A DNA stretch of 59,637 bases, the filler included. It is 8 parts of 8 records of this genome, joined end to end, with 100 filler letters (N's around TTAATTAATTAA, not from the genome) between each part and the next. Parts side by side here need not be neighbours in the genome. Positions count along the whole stretch, not along the records: positions 48,491 to 54,033 come from SRR31147125_61886; positions 54,134 to 59,637 come from SRR31147125_61901; 6 more parts are not named here. One strand, given 5' to 3'. Position numbers and translations under genes: made by a program. Shown here one piece after another: positions 52,919-59,637 of the stretch (its first letter is position 1; every line of letters begins with the position of its first letter). Below the pieces are notes generated by a model, which saw only the letters and a list, made by a program, of their open reading frames with translations, did not search any database and had not been told where the DNA came from.

Positions 52919-53971
52919 ATGAAAACAACCCTTACGGGTATTGAGATACATTCCATTGCAGCGGCAATCCCCTCGGATACCGAAGATCTGAACGATCTTG
53001 ACATGATTTTCGGGGATGTCGAGACCACCCGCATCATTAAAACCAACGGCATCGACACGCTCCGAAAAGCACCGGATGAGATGTGCGCGTCCGACCTTTG
53101 TACTGCAGCGGCAAATCACTTTCTCACACCGGATCTTATTGGTGAGATCGATGGAATTCTCTTTGTCAGTCAGACACCGGATCACATTATGCCGGCCACA
53201 TCGTGTATTCTTCAACATCGATTGGGGCTTTCCACCGATACGGCAGCCATCGACATCAACCACGGCTGCAGCGGCTACGTGTATGGCCTCTATCAGGCTG
53301 CCATGATGGTGGCTTCAGGCGGGTGCCGGTCGGTGCTTCTCTGCGCCGGGGATGTCCTGAGCCGTCATGTCAATATTATGGACAAAAACGAACGAATGGT
53401 ATTTGGAGATGCCGGGAGTGCCACACTGATCACCCGGGGAGAAGGAAAAATTTCATTTGCTTTTCATACCGACGGCAGCGGTGCAGCGCATTTAATCATT
53501 CCGGCCGGTGGATGCCGCCACCCTTCCTCTGAAGAGACCGGCATGGTGGATGTGCGTCCCGACGGTGGAATGCGTTCAGATGAAGATCTCTTCATGAACG
53601 GGATTGAAGTGATGAACTTCTCCCTTCGGGAAGTGCCCAAAGCCATCGATCAGGTTCTTGCAACAACCGGCTGGGAAAAGGAAGCGGTGACCATGTTCGG
53701 TCTGCACCAGGCCAACAAATTCATTTTGGATTATCTTCGAAAGATGCTGAAAGTGACAGCGGATAAGGTTCCAGTAGTCATGGAAAAGACCGGAAATACA
53801 TCTGTATCATCCATACCTCTGATGCTTTGTATGGAGCATGAGCGGCTGAAGAAAAATGATATGCTGCCAAAGTCTGTTCTGTGCGGATATGGTGTAGGGC
53901 TCTCCTGCGGTGCGGCAACGGTGGATCTTTCAGATACCTCATTTCATTCTCCCATTGAAGTCGACGAATAA
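52919..53971 (+). CDS. 3-oxoacyl-ACP synthase III (FabH-like) family protein
   Basis: Cys-His-Asn triad: DINHGCSGYVYGL, LHQAN, GNTSVSSIP; FGDAGSAT, PAGG. Confidence 0.9.
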   Translation: MKTTLTGIEIHSIAAAIPSDTEDLNDLDMIFGDVETTRIIKTNGIDTLRKAPDEMCASDLCTAAANHFLTPDLIGEIDGILFVSQTPDHIMPATSCILQHRLGLSTDTAAIDINHGCSGYVYGLYQAAMMVASGGCRSVLLCAGDVLSRHVNIMDKNERMVFGDAGSATLITRGEGKISFAFHTDGSGAAHLIIPAGGCRHPSSEETGMVDVRPDGGMRSDEDLFMNGIEVMNFSLREVPKAIDQVLATTGWEKEAVTMFGLHQANKFILDYLRKMLKVTADKVPVVMEKTGNTSVSSIPLMLCMEHERLKKNDMLPKSVLCGYGVGLSCGAATVDLSDTSFHSPIEVDE

Positions 53972-54033
53972 GAAATATCGGAGCATGATTCATCGATAAA
54001 ATACGGCATCTTTCATCTACTTTCAAAAGTAGT

Positions 54034-54133
54034 NNNNNNNNNNNNNNNNNNNNNNNNNNNNNNNNNNNNNNNNNNNNTTAATTAATTAANNNNNNNNNNN
54101 NNNNNNNNNNNNNNNNNNNNNNNNNNNNNNNNN
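54034..54133. other. Artificial contig spacer
   Basis: N44-TTAATTAATTAA-N44. Confidence 0.98.
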
Positions 54134-54192
54134 AAAAACATCCGATATTATACATCATCGCAGGTGCCGTTCTGGGCATCCTGTTTCTTTAG
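54134..54192 (+). CDS. C-terminal fragment of a membrane protein, resembling the chromate transporter (ChrA) C-terminus
   Basis: KHPILYIIAGAVLGILFL-stop. Confidence 0.45.
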
Positions 54193-54203
54193 GAGTAATA
54201 ATC

Positions 54204-54641
54204 TTGGGAAGAACACACAACATCCCCGCCAGCTACCTGATCCTGCTGCGGGAGGACGAAGTCCTGCTGCTGCAGAGAAAGAACACCGGATTCCGGGACG
54301 GCATGTACAGTTTTATCGCCGGCCATGTGGAAGAGGGAGAATCCTTTACCGATGCGGTCATCCGGGAAGCGGAGGAGGAAGCGGGCGTGCTGATCCGTCC
54401 CGAAGACCTTTCGGCAGCTCATATAATGCACCGCCGTTCCGACGACTCGGTCCGGGTGGACGTCTTTTTCACCGCCCGGGAATGGACCGGCAGCGTGGAG
54501 AACCGGGAGCCCCACAAGTGCGGCGACCTCTCCTGGTTCCCCCTGGACGCCCTGCCGGACAACACCATCCCCTATATCCGGGAAGCCCTGGACCATATCG
54601 GCCGGCAGTCCCACTACAGCGAGAACGGCTGGACCGCCTGA
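54204..54641 (+). CDS. NUDIX hydrolase
   Basis: AGHVEEGESFTDAVIREAEEEAGV Nudix box; NREPHKC; AGGAG RBS with TTG start. Confidence 0.92.
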   Translation: MGRTHNIPASYLILLREDEVLLLQRKNTGFRDGMYSFIAGHVEEGESFTDAVIREAEEEAGVLIRPEDLSAAHIMHRRSDDSVRVDVFFTAREWTGSVENREPHKCGDLSWFPLDALPDNTIPYIREALDHIGRQSHYSENGWTA

Positions 54642-54682
54642 GTCCGGTGCCTTATGCAGGAACCGGAGGTTTCGTAAAAGAT

Positions 54683-55473
54683 CTACCAGCCTCCCGAGGA
54701 ACCGCCCCCGCCGAAGCCGCCGCCTCCGCCGGAGAATCCTCCACCGCCGCCGAAACCGCCGCCTCCGAAGCCGCCGCCCCCTGAGGTCCAGCCTCCGCCC
54801 CGGTGGCGTCCCGAGGAACTGAGAACATTCCCCCAGAACAGCATCCGCCAGAATCCGCCCCGCCGTCCCAGACGGCCGAAGGAATCAGGAACAGGATGAT
54901 CAGGATGACGATGAAGTTTATGGGCAGAGACCGCCGCTGCGACCGGGATTCAGAGGATTCGTACCGGACCAGGGTCTCGCCGGAGATGTCCTCTCCCCCT
55001 GTTATGACCCCTGCGATGGACTGCATCCCCTCCAGAATTCCTCCGGCATAATTGCCGTTCTGAAAGGACGGGACGATGATGTTCCGGATGATATACCCGG
55101 TTTTGATATCCGTCAGGCTCCCTTCCAGTCCGTATCCGACTTCGATGCGGATCTTCCTCTCCTCCAGGGCGACCAGAAGGAGGACGCCGTTGTCCTCCCC
55201 CGCCTGCCCCAGTTTCCAGCTGTCGGTCACCCGGATGGAATACTCCTCCAGATCCTCCCCTTTCAGGGAGGGGATGGTCAGAAGCGCCGCCTGGGCGCCC
55301 GTCGACTGTTCCAGGGCGGCCAGGTAGTTCTCCAGCTCCCGGGTCTGGGAGGAGGAAAGGAGATGAGCCGTATCGTTCACCCGGCCCTCCAGGGGAGGAA
55401 CCTTCAGTGCGAACACCGAAAGGGGCAGCAGAAGAAAAAGGATCAGAAAAAATTGCGTTCTTCCGGTTTTCAT
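54683..55473 (-). CDS. TPM-domain protein (YgcG-like) with Gly-rich tail; one apparent frameshift near 54880
   Basis: GRVNDTA, WKLGQAGEDNGVLLLVA, IRIEVGYGLEG; the shifted frame ends GGGFGGGGSSGGW-stop at 54683. Confidence 0.88.
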
Positions 55474-55474
55474 A

Positions 55475-56149
55475 TCAGGACTCCAGGATATCGACACTGT
55501 CGGACAGTTCGTTGGTGTCGTCTTTTTTGATGGGAAAATGCTTCGCCAGACGGGCTCCGCAGGCCTCCACGGACCGGACCAGGCCCTCTGCCAGCTCCCC
55601 CCGTCGTATATGGCCGGTCAGATCCCCGACAATGGAATCCCAGTCACTCTGAGGAATTTTCTCACTGAGCCCGCTGTCCGCCAGGATCTCCACCCGCCGT
55701 TCCAGGAGGGAGACGAAGACCAGGATTCCCGTATGGTCCCGGGTGGCGTAAACGCCCGATTCGGTAAAGTGGCGCAGCGCCCGGCTGCGGACCTCCCGGT
55801 GCATGATCCGCTTCGGCACGATCAGCCGGTCCAGAACGGGCAGGTTGCTGAAAAAATAGACCAGCCCGGTCACAACCAGGGTGGACAGGCCGTAGAAAGC
55901 GGTGACATACCAGGCCGGAGCGTTCCAGAACAGTCCGGAAACAGCGGCCTCCAACCGGGGATAGAACAGCAGCAGGACGAGGAACCAGAGGATTCCCGCC
56001 CCCAGGGAGGCTGCCAGCTCATAGACGGCATAGTCGGAACTCTCCCGGATCACCGCCGTGGCGATCTCTCCGGAGGTGTTCTTCTCAGCCTTGCCGACAG
56101 CCGCGGCTATCCGTTTCCGTTCTTCTTCCGTCAGGATTTCCCTGCTCAT
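55475..56149 (-). CDS. TPM-domain membrane protein (DUF477-like, LemA operon)
   Basis: AEKNTSGEI, TRDHTGILVFVSLLERRVEILADSG, DTNELSD. Confidence 0.88.
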   Translation of the reverse strand: MSREILTEEERKRIAAAVGKAEKNTSGEIATAVIRESSDYAVYELAASLGAGILWFLVLLLFYPRLEAAVSGLFWNAPAWYVTAFYGLSTLVVTGLVYFFSNLPVLDRLIVPKRIMHREVRSRALRHFTESGVYATRDHTGILVFVSLLERRVEILADSGLSEKIPQSDWDSIVGDLTGHIRRGELAEGLVRSVEACGARLAKHFPIKKDDTNELSDSVDILES

Positions 56150-56159
56150 AGGTCCTCCT

Positions 56160-56768
56160 TCAGAACGAGACCGCCGGAGCCTCGGATGCGCCCTCGGAAG
56201 CCTGAAAGTAACTCTTTTCCCGGAACCCGGTCATATTGGCCAGGATCACCCGGGGAAACTGCTTGATGTATGTATTGTAGGATTTCACCGCTTCGTTAAA
56301 CCGTTTGCGTTCCACGGCGATGCGGTTCTCCGTTCCCTCCAGCTGATCCTGGAGTGCCAGGAAATTCTGGTCCGCCTTCAGCTCGGGGTAATTTTCGGTC
56401 ACCACCAGCAGCCGCTGCAGGGCGCTGCCCAGTTCACTCTGGGCCTGCTGGAACCTCCGGAAGCTTTCGGGATCGTTCAGTACCTCATCGGAGACCTGAA
56501 GGGTGCCTCCCGCTTTTGACCGGGCGTCGGCAATCATGGTAAAGGTTTCCTTTTCATGAGCGGCATAACCCTTGACGGTTTCCACCAGATTGGGAATCAG
56601 ATCATACCGCCGCTGGTAGACGTTTTCCACCTGGCTCCACTTTTCCTTGACCGTTTCATCCAGCCCCACCATGGAATTGTATGTCCCCTTGAAGGACGAA
56701 TACCCCATAAACAGAATAACAACTGCAACAATCAGAACCACTAGACCGGTTCTGGCACCTTTCTTCAT
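56160..56768 (-). CDS. lemA: LemA family protein
   Basis: YQRRYDLIPNLVETVKGYAAHEKETF, ENYPELKADQNFLALQDQLEGTENRIAVER; GGAGG RBS before ATG 56768. Confidence 0.95.
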   Translation of the reverse strand: MKKGARTGLVVLIVAVVILFMGYSSFKGTYNSMVGLDETVKEKWSQVENVYQRRYDLIPNLVETVKGYAAHEKETFTMIADARSKAGGTLQVSDEVLNDPESFRRFQQAQSELGSALQRLLVVTENYPELKADQNFLALQDQLEGTENRIAVERKRFNEAVKSYNTYIKQFPRVILANMTGFREKSYFQASEGASEAPAVSF

Positions 56769-56886
56769 AAGTACCTCCGATTCAAATATATAAAATGCCC
56801 GGACTATCGTCCATCGGGAAAAGGAACAGATTGTTTCCGCTCTGTTCATGCTTTATAGTATCAGTAACCACCAACAAGGAGTTTTT

Positions 56887-57290
56887 ATGGCAAAGAAAAC
56901 CATCAGCACAGCTTTTTCCTGCAGCTGGCCCTGGCCCTGACACTGATATCATTCGGAATACTGGCTGTACAGGGGTACAATTCCTCGGGCGCCGAAGCGA
57001 TGAGGGGACTGAACAGGATGTTCGGCAAAAGCAACAACCTTTTCCCCATCATTTTCGGTATCATTCAGCTGGCCGCCGGTATTTTCCTCTGCGCCGAACT
57101 GTTCGTTCCCATCCCCGGGAATCTGGCAAAGATTCTCTACATCGTCATCTGTGTCTTCTGGATCATCAGCATCGTGATGAACTTCTTCATGGACCGTTTT
57201 ATGGAACCCGATTTTTTCCGCTGGCTGGCCGCCATGGCGCCCCAGCTTGTCATACTCTTCTCCCTCTGGCTTGTGGGAGAGAATCAGTAG
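56887..57290 (+). CDS. Small 4-TM membrane protein of unknown function; one apparent frameshift near 56915
   Basis: AAGGAG RBS, then MAKKTISTAF; continues in another frame as LQLALALTLISFG...WLVGENQ. Confidence 0.65.
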
Positions 57291-57361
57291 GATTCCGGCC
57301 GCCGCCTCTCCCGGCAGGCGGCCTCCCGGCTGTCCATCCGATCCTTATCAAAAGAAATATA

Positions 57362-57389
57362 TTGATTTCTGCGCATATTCTGCTAGAAT
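57362..57389 (+). promoter_or_regulatory. Sigma70-type promoter (extended -10)
   Basis: TTGATT, 16 bp spacer, TAGAAT preceded by TGc; 20 nt before ATG 57409. Confidence 0.5.
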
Positions 57390-57408
57390 TCACAGTAAGG
57401 AACGGAAT

Positions 57409-58052
57409 ATGGCACATCTGACTTTCCGCGAATCCGTCAATTATCCTCCCTGGATAGGCCGGCAGTACGGCCGTTCCGACTCTCTCCGCCTGCTGGCCGT
57501 CGGCAGGAGCTACTATGACGCCCGTTATCAGGACAGCACGATCAATGATTTCATACAGGGAATTGCCAAAGGAGGAAAACAGGACCACTTCTTCACCTCC
57601 CTGGAGATGATCCTGTCGGACCGCCGGCACTGGAAGAACTCCGGCAGGGGGCCCCCGTTTTCGACCGGAAAAAATTCTGGAACAGCATCTGCTACCATCA
57701 GTTTCTCCAGGGAATCCTGGAAGAGTCCTGGTCTCAGCCCGGACGGAGCATGTGGAAATCCTCCCAGGAGATATACAAGAAAGTTCTGGTCACCCTGGAG
57801 CCCGACCTGATCGTGTTTCTGGGATTCGACATCTACGACAAAATGCCGACCCTGGGAGGAAAACGGGGCCTGGATTTTGAAGAGGCCGGAGACACCCTGA
57901 AAAGCTGGATTTTCGATATCGGTGACCATCCCGCCATGGTCTGCCGGATGATGCACCCCCGAGACAGCGCCTTCCGGATGCAGATCTGGAAAGATCTCTA
58001 CTACCAGTTTCTGGGTGATTACAAGAGCCGTTTCGGCAGAATAACCTTCTGA
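57409..58052 (+). CDS. Uracil-DNA-glycosylase-like fold protein; one apparent frameshift near 57655
   Basis: PWIGRQY...LLAVGRSYY, FWNSICYHQFLQ, LEPDLIVFLG, MMHPR follow the UDG-superfamily motif order. Confidence 0.55.
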
Positions 58053-58070
58053 AAAGAGGTTCCGGACCGG

Positions 58071-59429
<1,359 letters not shown>

Positions 59430-59438
59430 TCAACACTG

Positions 59439-59452
59439 ACCGACCGGTCGGT
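59439..59452. promoter_or_regulatory. Perfect 14-bp palindrome ACCGACCGGTCGGT upstream of gdhA (operator-like)
   Basis: Self-complementary; 27 nt upstream of the gdhA start codon. Confidence 0.5.
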
Positions 59453-59515
59453 TTTCAGGCCGGATCCGGCAGAACAGCCCCCCTGCCGACGGCAGGAGTT
59501 CCATTCTGATATTCC

Positions 59516-59637
59516 TTAATTCCCTACCGTCTCCGGTTCGGAAATAACAGCTCTGCCGCTCTTCCCCTCCATCAGAACCCGGAAGGGCGAGTCCAGTCTG
59601 ATATGACGGAAGAACCGTCCCATCCCGTATTCGGGCA
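59516..59637 (-). CDS. C-terminal fragment of a PEP/pyruvate-binding-domain (PEP-synthase-like) protein
   Basis: PEYGMGRFFRHIRLDSPFRVLMEGKSGRAVISEPETVGN-stop resembles the C-terminus of this family, often encoded just upstream of gdhA. Confidence 0.5.
   Translation of the reverse strand, partial: PEYGMGRFFRHIRLDSPFRVLMEGKSGRAVISEPETVGN

Noticed and set aside
57297-57323. GC-rich hairpin GGCCGCCGCC-TCTCCC-GGCAGGCGGCC after the small membrane gene
   Set aside because: Single copy with no U-tract; at most an mRNA-stabilising stem.

Overview
This window is not one locus. It is eight unrelated contigs joined by seven 100-bp artificial spacers (N44-TTAATTAATTAA-N44), probably from a metagenome or mixed bin of anaerobes. 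About 20 single-base frameshifts in homopolymers or short runs look like sequencing errors. (1) 1-14040, Bacteroidota-type polysaccharide utilisation locus: a divergent GH29/GHL6-like lipoprotein, a thioredoxin-like protein, a TPR-LuxR regulator, two atypical GH29 enzymes with C-terminal tectonin-like propellers, a hybrid two-component system (HTCS) and a partial SusC. (2) 14141-21132, Desulfobacterales-like chemotaxis operon (MCP-cheW-cheR-cheB-cheD-cheW) plus an XRE/Cys-rich regulator. (3) 21233-31070, NmrA protein, DEAD-box helicase, esterase, membrane protein, Kef K+ efflux pair and SanA-like protein, with a duplicated operator-like palindrome. (4) 31171-36482, PilZ/acyltransferase-like protein, V4R-like/GAF/HD-GYP phosphodiesterase, SAM methyltransferase and B12 radical SAM enzyme. 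(5) 36583-41752, pgpH-like/ybeY/corC/lnt. (6) 41853-48390, large NAD-glutamate dehydrogenase, pan RNA leader with terminator, panB-panC. (7) 48491-54033, NRPS C-A-T-E module (predicted D-Val) plus KAS III. (8) 54134-59637, spirochaete-like NUDIX, LemA/TPM operon, UDG-fold protein and gdhA. The best candidates for undescribed biology are the contig-4 module (possible lipid-signal/c-di-GMP circuit) and the contig-1 GH29 pair (His-to-Cys in the sugar-binding site, fused to tectonin-like lectin domains). Taxonomic hints come from gene style only. All family calls are by motif recognition; no database searches were run.
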